From Lenisia limosa (lineage: Eukaryota > Protista > Breviatea), in assembly GCA_001655205.1 (NCBI GenBank), contig LPNZ01007654.1:6662-70661 (forward strand): a stretch of 64,000 nt of DNA, in the 5' to 3' direction. The position numbers were made by a program, and so were the translations under genes. Below the pieces are notes generated by a model. It searched no databases, had not been told where the DNA came from, and saw only the letters and a list, made by a program, of their open reading frames with translations. Of the stretch, positions 47,700-59,700 are shown in pieces. Positions within the stretch are counted from its first letter, which is position 1. The number at the start of each line of letters is the position of its first letter.

Positions 47700-49621
47700 T
47701 TAGTGGTTTTTGACTGGAGCGCTCATATTCGACTAAAGCGTGAGATGGTATTTCATAATACAGGATAAGATGCTAGATTAAAATTACAATTGCATTTCCA
47801 TGTGTCTGTCAGACCCCCTCCCACCCAGATCAAGACATTTCCACCACTCATTCCCGTCAAAAGGGCTTGGTGAGAATCAGACCAACTCAGACACGTTGTT
47901 CGATTGAGTATGTGTCTAAAGTCCAAGGAGGCCTGCTGGTCAGGGTCCGGCGGTGCAACAAATGAGACTATTTTACCGTCACTCAGATCGGTCACTGCAA
48001 AGTAGCCTAAAAGGTTACAGAATACCAATAAAGTAGTGTGACGCACCTGTAGAGTAGAAGATATCCGGCTGCTCGGTTGCATCAATGTCATCAGAAACAT
48101 TGAAAGTAATCAAATAGCTAAGATTTGAGAATCAGAAATTTTATTGAGGGTTCATACCGCTCATCCTCAGTAACTTGGAACTGTGTTTCGCTTGGCTGGC
48201 TGTCCCAAATGTAAACGTCCTCAAGATGGTGAAGTAAGTTGCCCTGCTGCGACCAAAGGAATGCCTCTCGGTTCTATATAGTCAACAGAAATGGTACTTG
48301 GAACTGGATTTATCCCCAGCTTACGCAGAAAGTAATGAAGGTTCCTGATTTTGGAAGGTAAATGAAGAGCTGTGGTGAAGGAAACACTTCCTCTGGTAAA
48401 CTCCATGACTCGTCTGTTATCATCTACTTGGTTATTACAATTCAATGACAAATTCAATACCCAATCCGCAGACATTCTTTATTCGGACATTGCTTTCAGT
48501 CTGTTTGATAAACATGAATTCGTCGAACTGCTCAATAAACTCAACCTTTTCAGGACAGGATTGTTGCATTTGGAAGCCCACTTTCTTGAGACGCTAACAA
48601 ATAAATGAGGATAACAAACCACCAACCTCCCCAGTATCGATATCATAAATCAAAAGCGGTACAGTAGCCGAGCTTGGCTCAGGATTCAAAATAGCAAGTG
48701 CAATTCCGGGACAATGTCAATGGAAACAAAAACCTGGTTTTGAAGTCAGCTAACCCTTCTCCCTTGATTGTAATCCTAGGTTTGTATGTTTTCAAACTCC
48801 AAACAGTAAACTTCCTGGAGTAATGAATTGTGAAATACAATTCAACATCCCTCCCTCACTTTCTGCTGCTATCTAACGTCAAAGCCTTGTCATTAAATTG
48901 GTCAAATTCAACATATCCAGGATAACGCAAGTCTTCTTTGCCGAAAAGTCTAAGAACTGACCTGTGAGGTTGTCCTTCTTCAATTGACCTAAACATGTCA
49001 GTCAAATTGAAATTACACTTGGAGTTTTTGCCCTTGTTCAAAGAAGTTTCATACTTACCGGATAGGAATAGCAAAACAAGCAAGGGTATTTTCCTCATTG
49101 TCTCGCTGACGAAGTGTGAGGATCAGGATGTGGTTTCGATATTGATTATGGAAGATTGACAGAATGACCTCATGCTTTGTGAAATTCAGGAAACAAAGAC
49201 GTTTTTGGGTGACTGGTTAGAACAACAGTTTTTTAAAGGGATACAAAATTTAAAATAGGGGGAAAGGGAATAATTAAAAAAAGAAAGGAAGGAGAGAAGA
49301 CAAAAAAAAACATTCACAAAAAATAAATAAAAACTAAAAACACAAAATAAACGAAAAAACGGTAATCAATTGCTGTACAAAGTCCATTTTTACAGAGAGC
49401 AATGACCACATTCTACTTAGTAATTAGGTGAATACCTTCACTAAAATGATATCCACAACTCTGCAACGCTGGTTTAGCGCTGGAACTGGAAATTCTGGAA
49501 TATTTTCAAAGAGATTAACTTTCCAGACGGGATTTAAGTTCTGAAAGCATGTTTGAGAGAACAGCGATGAATTTCGTGAACCTGAGATTTCGCGTTTTCG
49601 CAATATATCCAGAACTATCAT
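47700..49621 (-). CDS. Divergent WD40/beta-propeller protein of the Arabidopsis At3g54190-like family
   Basis: LRKREISGSRNSSLFSQTCFQNL (plant LQRREIS..QERFRNM); IEEGQP..LFGKEDLRYPGYVEFDQFNDKALT (ILRGQP..LFESESLKWPGFVEFDDVNGKVLT); VEFIEQFDEFMFIKQ (VDFIEQFNEKLLVKQ); TTCLSWSDSHQALLTGMSGGNVLIWSN (ITALFYDEERNEIYTGNRHGLVHVWSN). The comparison sequence is from memory. Confidence 0.8.
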
Positions 49622-49892
49622 GTTTTTTCAGCACAATAAATTTTCTCCTCTATTATTACAGTATTATACTGGTTTGGCTTGCTTTTTGGAACCGCTAAAA
49701 TGTTGATTGGTTTTGATTATTAGCACCCTCTCGACGCAACGCGTTCGCCAAGTTCGCAAGCGCGTTCGCACCTCCACTCCAACCCTCCAACCTCTACTTG
49801 CAGATTATCACAATATTATAATACTTATTATTTTATTATACTTTACTTTGAATAAATAAGCAGAAAAAGAAGATCAGAGGAAAGATACGACA
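49622..49892. promoter_or_regulatory. Probable bidirectional promoter (WD40 / sushi-RCC1) with a GTTCGC triplet
   Basis: About 270 bp separate the divergent start codons; a CpG-rich patch with three GTTCGC copies lies at ~49732-49771. Confidence 0.55.
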
Positions 49893-52800
49893 ATGGGTGA
49901 TATTGCCTTCACTTCTTCCTCAGCTCTTCTGGCTGTCTTGCTGCTATTCAGCACCGTGTTTGCAACACCATTGGAGTTGGAGGAGTGGATGTTTTTGTTA
50001 TGGGTAATGCAACTTTGTTTGGCGGGGAGGTTACTTGTACAGGTCACTCACAACCCTTTTTGATTAGCTTATTCTTTAGAGTTTTTCCATCAGGTAGGGT
50101 GCAATTACATCTTGAGGAGGCGGTTGAAGATGACCACGCAACACCCTTGGTAGGAGTAAAGGACAATCTTATATGATATCATATGAATTAACTTCTACTA
50201 ACGATCATAGGGACGAACCAAAACTCTTGAAAACAGTTGGTGGTTGGGACATGCTGTGTGTTAATCTCCTTTGTATTTTAAATAGGTCCCTTCTTTGCCC
50301 TCATTGACCAAAAAGCAATGGTATGCTTCATTACAGGCCCGTCGGTGCCGAGCGGCTTGGCCCTGTCACTGTCCAATGTCCTGACCACTGCCGAAGGAAG
50401 CAGGGCCGACCTTACAGTCACGGTGTGTGACTTGACATTCGGGAATAGAGCATCTTCACCGCTTGTTATTGGATTTACTGAGATATGTTCCTTACATGCA
50501 CAAGGGATCTTGTCCTGAAGGCTCCGAACTTACCTTCTCTTCAAAAACGGTGGAGTGCAGTTTGTTATCGGGATGGGCCGAGGCCCCATTGTGTGTAACA
50601 GGTATGTGGAAGTCTAATATGGAATCAATTTTATTCTTCTTCATCATTACTCTTTGTTAAATGCTCTTGAATTACCTATATTTCACTCTTCAGTCACTTG
50701 CCCAAATGAGTTTCAAGATGGAATAACGTCCAATTGCACTGGTATGGATTGAAAGATCTTTGGCTCATAGCAATCCCCGCCTTTTCCACTAATAACACCC
50801 CAGGTCCAACTTCCGAGTATGGCACAGTGTGCTCCCTGGTATGTAGTTTTCCAGGGACTTCAGGTACCGCTATAGCAACATGCCAGGCTAACGGACAGTT
50901 TGCAACAGACTTTTCATGCGGAGATCGTATGCCAACAACATTTATTTAGTGTAGAGTTATTTCACCTGCTAACCCTTGTCTGATTGTATGTTAATCAAAC
51001 AAGGGTTTCGTGTAGTATAATTTCTAAATTGTTAGACCATATGATATAGTATATATATATATATGTATGTATTATAATATATCACATCGATGTTGATTTT
51101 ACTTCCACTCCTACCTTCCTTGATAGTCCTCATGTCATTAGGTTCAATGTACACTTGCGGAAGAGGTCTCTATTTCGGGCTTGGCGTATGATGGTTTTTT
51201 ATTGGTGAATTATTATTATAATTAATGGATGGTTTTGTTTACATTCCAGACGGGAGGTGATACGGACACAAATTATCCATCGAAAAACGACCTGTCGTCC
51301 AGTTGGGGTTTAGTGAAGATGACAGCGGGAGGAAACTTAGCAACTTGTGCAATCATGAAAGGTTTGGTGTCTTTGAACACCTATGGTGTTAATTTTCTGT
51401 TTTCTCTCGAGGCGGTAATTCTTTTAAACTATTCTTACCTATCAGACGATTCACTGAAGTGCTCTGGCTACAATCCTTATAAAAATGTATGTCTTTTCAT
51501 GTTGGAAAGATTCAACTTATTTTCCTCACCAGGTTGCAGACTCCACCACTACGTCGATCAGTGCAGTCATTGTTAACCCCACGTTTCCGTCAGCCATCCC
51601 TGCAGGGGACCGTGTCGTGGCTTTTGAAAGCGGTGCTTATCACTTCGTCTTAATGACTAGTATGCAGTTCTCGGATTGTAGAACATACAGTAAGACTCAT
51701 ATGTAGCGTATCATATGCAAGAGAAACAAAGGGCACTCTACAAGGCTGCTGTGGAAAGTTACTCTTTAGATACTGGAGAGCTCTACTCTTGGGGGTACAA
51801 TAACCACTACAACTCGCTTCAAGTCGATCCTGCAAATAGCAACACGGTAAAAAAGGTGCGGGGACACAATCTTGAAATTGTTATGCTTTGTTCAAATGTC
51901 TGTATCGCATATTGTGTCATAAGTATACCAAAAAGATAGTCGCATGTCATCAATAGTATATAGTATATGCATATGCATATGATATATGATATTTATTAGT
52001 ATATGATATACCATCAAACTTCTGTTCATACCCAGGTTGTTCTGCCTGATGGACGTTATGCCATTCAAATCAGTTGTTCAGTGTACAACTCGCTCGCTCT
52101 TCTTGGTAAACATCTAGTATTGTGCTATGAATTTTGTGGAGTGTTTATTTTACCGATCAGATGATCGCTCTCTTTTTGGGGGAGGACGGAACCATTTCAG
52201 CCAATTCGGTGCCACTGCAGACCCAATGCCACCAGGCGTCGTGAGCAGCACCTTGCCTGTTGGTTGCGCGTATTGTTTTCTGTAATATGATCATCTAGTG
52301 TCTTTCTTCTGATTAATCAGGCTGGAGAAGTAATAAGCAAGGCTTACATTTCTTACAACTCTGTTGTTGTACTCACGGGTATGCAAATGATATGATATTT
52401 TGATATTATAGTCTATGATATCATAGCAATTTGAAGTTATATTATAGAAATACCTCTTTTGTTTTTGGTTGTTGATGTGATTTGAACAGTCTCGAACTCA
52501 ATATGCTGTTGGTGTCCTTGGATTATACTGACTCTCAGAGAGTCAAAAGGTTTATGGACGAGGAACAGATGCATCTTCAGTTAAAAGCTTCTGCCAGACT
52601 GGCTTGAGCAATGTGTTCATTCTGGTGGGGTAAAAAGTTGAAGGCTTTTATTACTGGAAATATCAGAATTTTTACACCCTAGAGTAATGATAATGCTGGT
52701 CTGGAGCTCCAAGGCCATGTGTCTGAGGTCAGATGCGCTACAAAGATGTGTGCGTTCGTTTTAAGTAAGTTGACCCATTCTGTGCAGCTTCGTAGCATGT

Positions 52801-53572
52801 GTTTAGATCTTATTCAGTGAGCTCTCCTGTATCCCTTGTATAAAAGAACACAATTCACATCACCAGATGATGGGAACATTCTTGGGTGCACTGCAGTAGC
52901 TGATTTGCTACCTGGACACTCTGGGGAGCATGCCATTCCAGTAAGCAGGCAAGTACACCAATCAACTGTTGCCATCTCTATAGCTGTTCCAGCGGATCAG
53001 CCACTTGCAGCTTAGCTTTCTAGGTCAGTCTCACGGACAGCCTCAATAGTAAATGCGAAGCGGGAAAATCTGTCAACAAGTAGGTCCATATGATAAGCAA
53101 TCAGAGTTGTGTTGGTACGGCTGCTTTGGTCTCTTAATGATAACGTTTCTCGATTTATTCTATTTATTTCAATTGTTTTTCAAACTGTATGACTTCGGGA
53201 GCAATAATGTAACTGATGTCCTTCAGAATCTGGGTTGAACAAGGAGGAATCTACTTCGGCGGAGCTGGTAGGTCCACATGTTTCCCTGAATGATATAGCA
53301 ATCCTTCTATACCTTCATTCAAATTATATGTAATAGGTTGTCATGAAAAGAAGCTCTTTGGGTTCAGTGCTGTCACTACTGGAACATATTTATGCCAGGG
53401 TGCAGTAACCACCTTGGGAACTGTGGGTGAATTGTATTTACGAAAACAATCCATGCTTTTTCATTATCTTATGTTCCTGACCACTCAGGTATATGAAGTG
53501 ATGGACACGGCACCAAAGTCTCTTATTAATATGGCATCTTACGGTCCTAACCTTATTGTCGAAGCTGTCTAA
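49893..53572 (+). CDS. Secreted protein with a signal peptide, two sushi/CCP-like modules and an RCC1/BLIP-II-like repeat propeller
   Basis: Signal: MGDIAFTSSSALLAVLLLFSTVFA. Sushi-like: CPEGSELTFSSKTVECSLLSGWAEAPLC and YGTVCSLVCSFPGTSGTAIATCQANGQF. RCC1-like: MYTCGRGLYFGLG, VKMTAGGNLATCAIM, VVAFESGAYHFVLMT..GELYSWGYNN, IQISCSVYNSLALL, KVYGRG and KLYDFGSNN. It ends NLIVEAV*, with no TM helix seen. Confidence 0.72.
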
Positions 53573-53709
53573 CTAACATCCTTCATTCTTATTATCTTTG
53601 TTATACGATTAATATAGCTTTATTATTTGTGCTTCTTCTTTCCACATAAAACTCTTTCCCTATGTTCAATAAGACATTCGTGATTCCATCATTACTTCAG
53701 TCCTAAGCC

Positions 53710-56700
53710 TCAATGGTACGACTCCAATAGAGCTATTCGATTGCGTAGGGTTGAGATCTGCGATCGTTAGTCAAATTCTTGAGTCTGGTTACCTCTCTTT
53801 TAAGGAGGCCAATTTCATCTTCGGGTTCTGGAGTTGGGGGATGAATCAAGATTCCCGGTGCGGCCTTGGCAACCAGCTTTATACCTGGGGGTTATAATCA
53901 TGTAAACTGAAAGACTGAAACTGACATGAAATAGTCAACATTACCGTTCGTACCTTGACCCGTCAAAATGGAAGCGAGAGACTTTGGGATGGTTTTGGGA
54001 AGCTTGGAAACTGAAAAGGGGTTGATAATATCAAATTAAGGAAATGTCTTGAGCAGTAATGGCACTCAAATACTCGATAACGATGAGGATGAGTCCAACC
54101 TTTTCCTTCAGTGCGCTGTATTGAAGCCGACTCCAACCCAGGCTAACAAGTGAAATTGCCATAAGACACCCACAATAATAAAGACAAAAAACATGGTTAT
54201 AACGACAAAAAACAAAGTTACAACAACAAAGAACAAAGTTACAAATAATGTGTAGAGTGGCACGGTACACGTTGATGCTTACATTTTGCAAACTGTTGAG
54301 TCTATGCTTCCTCAGTCTCTCCATTGTATCAGGTAGCATTGTGGATACCACAGTACCATATTGACTTGCTGTCCTTGTTTGCTCAGGGCCTTTTGTTGAC
54401 AATTTGATGTTACTGGCCTTCTGTCCCGTTTTGCCAGTCAAATAGATGATTTTGCTGACTTTGCCTTTTAGCAGCGGAAGTTCTGTTGACAAGGCTTGGG
54501 ATGAAGTCGCAGGAGTGTCCTGTTGCAAGAGCTGAACAGGAGACGTCGGAGAGTCCACATTGATGACCAAAGGTGTTGCTGGTGAGAGTTTTGGGGTCAG
54601 TTTGAGTTTGGTCACAATGGGAGTGTTTGACTTCACCTGTGCCTCAAGATTGGAGATATGTCTGGTGAATTGTGACGAAGGGTTGTGAGGAGAGGGTATA
54701 ACAACACTGGTGCTACCTCCTCCTCCTCTTGAAGAGGATGTCTGGTTGATCCTGAATGTTGGGATGCTTAGCTGCGAAGGGTTTGGAGATGGTGTCTCGT
54801 TCACCTGCTTTTTGATTTGGGATAGTCCCTAATACGTAAATGCCAATTGTCACAAAACCCATATTTTCCCATACCCACCAATTTAGGTCCTCCACACAGC
54901 CATCCTTGGGTTGTGCTCCATTGTGAAGCACGTGACAATGGGCGACACTCATCTTCAGTGCAAACTGCCACTTCGGTGGTGGTCTCTATTGGTGGAGACC
55001 CTATAATATTTGAGATGCAAGTGCTACCCTCGGCTCTGAATTATACTTCGTTGTTAATTCATCAATACCTGTTGTTGACGTCTCTTGTATGAGTTCTAAC
55101 GTGTGGTATTGCACGTTCAGCAAAGGATGTCCTTCGTAACAACTTCAAAGTTACAATCAAATTGGAAAGACTAATAGTTCACTTTGACAGTACCTATTGT
55201 GAATAACAACTCCATCTGGACGTGCCATATGTTGTGATGCGCTGCTTGCTGCCACGACAGCGCCCCATGCCATATATCTGGGCTGATAGCTGCTAATTAC
55301 CCCGCAAACTAAGAATGTGAGGACAGTGTGACTTGATTGTCACTTGTGAAATGGACAAATGTTGTTTTGATAAAAAAAATTAAAAGGCAAGACAAATACT
55401 AACCTGCACTGCCAAAAGCAATTCCAGCAGAAATCTACAATGTGAGCCAGTGATTTCCTGTAACAGATGTAACAAAACAGCCAACTTGGGTCCAGAAACC
55501 AATACCTTTGGAAGAGTATTATCATGAAGCCCCAGATTCTTCAGTTGTGTCAAGATACGTTTGATTGTTGAAGGTAAATCCAAAGCCAAACCAAACATCT
55601 GAATCTGTAATAATCCAAAACCTGATTATATATGTTGCTATTGTGATGCACTTGTTATAACAATGAACAACATTGAATTAAAAGTTTCAAATAGCCCCAT
55701 TTGTCTTACACTATCAATGGGGTTACCATCAAGACCAGGCAGTCCAGACATGATCCAAAACCTGAAGAAGTGAAAGTGGGGCAAATTTGTCACGTTTTTA
55801 TCACAAGAGTTATGTAAACATCTTGTTGTAAACGTCTTGTTATGAAAATATATTTCAATCTACTTATTACTACTCAATCCACCACAAAGTATCCTTACGA
55901 GGGTCCGCATTGTGCAAGGCGATACACATTAGGGTGGCCAATGGTGAGATTGTCCAACTCCTTCCCAAATGTTTGAATGGCTTGTGTGGCCTGTATGCTC
56001 ATCAGGATTGGTTATTAGCATACCTGTGTCGCATCAACCTCTTGATTCCATTTCATGAATTGAATAATATTGACGTTCATCACTGCAATCTAAAGCATGG
56101 TTAGTGGAACACTTGACTGATATCCTATCTCACCTCATCTAGTTGCTCCCAAAGGAAGTCACTACCAGGTTTAAACACGGACAAGTCGTGAAATACTCCA
56201 TTATCCTTCTCAAGCTTCTTAGTATCTACAAGAAATATTTAGAATATGAATTATCAATTCTTTCCCCACAAAGTTGCCAACCTTTGCTTTCTGTTGATTG
56301 ATTGACAGCTTTGTGAAGATGCTGAGCCTCTTTGCGAGATTGTCTTGATCCTATGTGTGAATCAAGCGCATCAATAAGCTTATTCAAGTTTAATTTTGTG
56401 TTTGATAATATTTATTATTAACCTTACCAAAAAACGTTGTAATAACTTTTGTTGTCAAGCCCTCCTGTATTTTGTCATCGGAGTCCAGGGCAGCGTCCGA
56501 CTTTTCGTCCAACTGAACAGGTTGCCCAAGGTAACATTCGGACAGGTGACAAAGAGGAAGTAAAACATTACTTACAATATAATGATATAACCTCACCTGA
56601 ATCATTAGTGGGATTACATGTGGGGGAAACGCTCGGAGAAGGAGATCAATAACCTCCTGTGTCATCAAATGCCTAAGTGATGAATAGTATAACAAAGCAG

Positions 56701-59700
56701 ACAATCATCAAATGCCTAAGTGATGAATATAACAAAGCAGACAGTCATCAAATTTCTAAGTGATGAAAATAACAGCAGACAGTCATCAAAATCGTCAAGA
56801 CTTATTAGTTTCGCCTTCGTCCACACCGTTCAATTGAAAACAGGAAAAGGACTCTCCTCATTTTGATCATTACGGCTGACACATAAAGTGAAAACACACC
56901 AACAACACTCAGAAGAGAAACCGCAATCGTTGCCTGAATTATGAGAGGCAAGTAGCAAAATGACAATTCTATGAAACTGCATCAATCGGTATTTTGTACC
57001 ATCTATTAGAAGTTTTTGAAATTTGTTCATGATTCATTACATAAGTTGAAAAATAACTGCAAACCTCAAGAAAAGGAGTGTCTGCCTTATAGTAGAGAGT
57101 CAATAGATGGAGCAGCGTAATGATCATGACGATTCCTCCTGGCCCTGGTGCTATTCCCAACACTGTTGGAAAGCACAGTAGAACCGTGATGATAGCCATC
57201 CCATTTTCGAAAGACCGCTGAATCTAAATAAGACACGATCTGTTTCCAACACAATTAAAATAGTCATAGATTCTCACATTTGTCGATTCGTCCCCGAAAC
57301 GAATGAAAATGCCGACAGAGAACAACCAAACAGCCCACCATGTTAAGTGTACCCAAACTCTGGGAATCATAAAGAATACAGAGACAGAATTACATCGGAG
57401 TACAAATTTATTTTACATTACAGTACAAAGAGCCACACAAAAGAAACGGAGTGCTCAAAGAATGCACCTTACCTTATTGCTGCCTTTTTTACAATTCTTT
57501 CAAGANNNNNNNNNNNNNNNNNNNNNNNNNNNNNNNNNNNNNNNNNNNNNNNNNNNNNNNNNNNNNNNNNNNNNNNNNNNNNNNNNNNNNNNNNNNNNNN
57601 NNNGTGACCTCACATTTCCTGTTTGGTCATCGGTAACCAAAGATAAAATTGCAGCAATGAAACTAACCAGGAAGCTGAAGATCACCAGTGCCTGGATCTA
57701 AAATAGTTCGCGTGGTATTTGTAATTGTCAATGGTCATATCACATAATATTCAAACACAAATTTAATAGATCCAATACGCGACCCACTTGAGTTCTACTA
57801 CTCCACTCTTGGTACTGGCAAAAGGCTGTTTCGTAGTTCCAGTGCTCAGTCCACCTTAGGGAAAACCTAAAAGGTAATCATTGTGATATTGTGAATTAAA
57901 TTTGCGATAATATACCATGTATTGAAGACAACAGCATTTGACAGCTCCCCTATTGGCATAGAGTTTGCCTCACCAGCTCTGCGGGACGTTGTCGGAAAAC
58001 AAAGGTTCAGCCTCAATTTCGTGTATGTGGGGGGATACAATTTGCGGTTTTTCTAAAGCTGTTGAAGGTTCCTGCGCCCCAGGAGCTGGTGATTGTGATG
58101 GGTATGACATCTCAGTTCTCTGAATCTAAGAAGTCAACTTGTGTTATGTATCAGGCTGAGATAGCTCTCTAGTCGTACCGAAGCTTTAGTTTCAAGCAAA
58201 CTACTGATTGAATTCTTCATAAGGTTATCAACACTGTTAGCCAGAACTTGTTCGGATTGCTCGACTTCCGCTCCAAGTACCTGATGATCATTTCCAAGCA
58301 TAAACCCAAGCCAGAATAGCCCCATCATACCGCATGTAAAGGCTTCAATGTTGTGAATATCTGTTCCTTGAGAGAATCGACCATTTCAGTTGTAATAGGA
58401 ACATCGCTCAATGTGGACAGATAGGCTGGGTCAACAAGGCGCTGAAGGCTGGGGATCTTCTCAAGAAGTTCATCAACATCCATCTGGTAATTAAGTAATA
58501 TACCTGAATGCTGTTGAAATATTTGTGTTTTTGAGCAATAGAAATCTTACCGTACCCGCTTTTCAATTGGGATTTTTGAAGCCAACTCAATCGCCTATGG
58601 GGTGAGGTAACTATGTCCTTACCTGATCACTCAGTTGACCAAGAATGTTCTCTCCTGCAACTTCAAGATGCTGAAATATTGTGGCAAAATCAGCACCAAG
58701 TTGACCAAGTACCTTGCCTACAGATGAGTCTCAATTTTTGAATTTACCTTGAGACGCAATGTAGTTACCCATTATATCCTTATTGTTGCTGAAAGTGGCT
58801 TGAAAGTCACTCAATGACTTTGTTCCTGTCTTAATTGTCTGAGCAACTAACTAAGAATGTAAATATAAAATGTTCTATAGTCCAAATATGACAGAAAGCT
58901 GAATTACCCCTGACTTTCAGAGGTTCAGAGGTAGACTCTTGTAAAGTCTTGCCAATCTACAAAGTCATGAAAAATAAGCAGATAAAACCGAGGATAATAA
59001 AACAGAAATTTGTCAATAGATTATCCCAAAAAGTCACCTCGTCAATCCAAGGGAAAAGACCTGCTTGTTTCTTCCATTTCTGAAAGACTTGGCTTGAGTC
59101 ATATTGACGACTTAACCACATATTACGGCAAATCGCCATTTTAGAGAGATGTAATTTGAAGTACTGAAGATGTTAACTTCACCAAACTCCAAGGATGCAA
59201 AATGAAACCAACCTGTATGGGACATTTGGCTGGTTGGTTTTTTGGTCGAAATCCCTGAAAAATGGGACCAAAATAACAATTCGTGAATGAAAAGATGCCA
59301 TATCAATTAATAATTCATCTCATGCGTCGCACCACTCACCTTAACAACGTACTTATTAGTTGCAGTAATCACGGCTGCTCCCGCATGTGTAACAACAATA
59401 TCACCAGGTTCTCCAACCTATATCGTGACACTTTACCCTTGGAAACGATAAAAACAATACTGCTTACGTTTGCGGCCATATAGTAGTTGTTCATCACCAG
59501 TGTATCCGGCATAAAGCAAACTAACGGGATTAAAATAATACAATTGTTATCAAAAAGGCTCCAAATTACATGTTGGAAACTGTTTGTTGCAAATGGTACC
59601 AGAGCCGGGGGAGGCCCCGAGGCCAATAACGATTGAAGGTTTCGGATAAAGCTTGAACTTTGGGGCTCGTCTAATCAGTTAACATTTTTTGAACTGTTAC

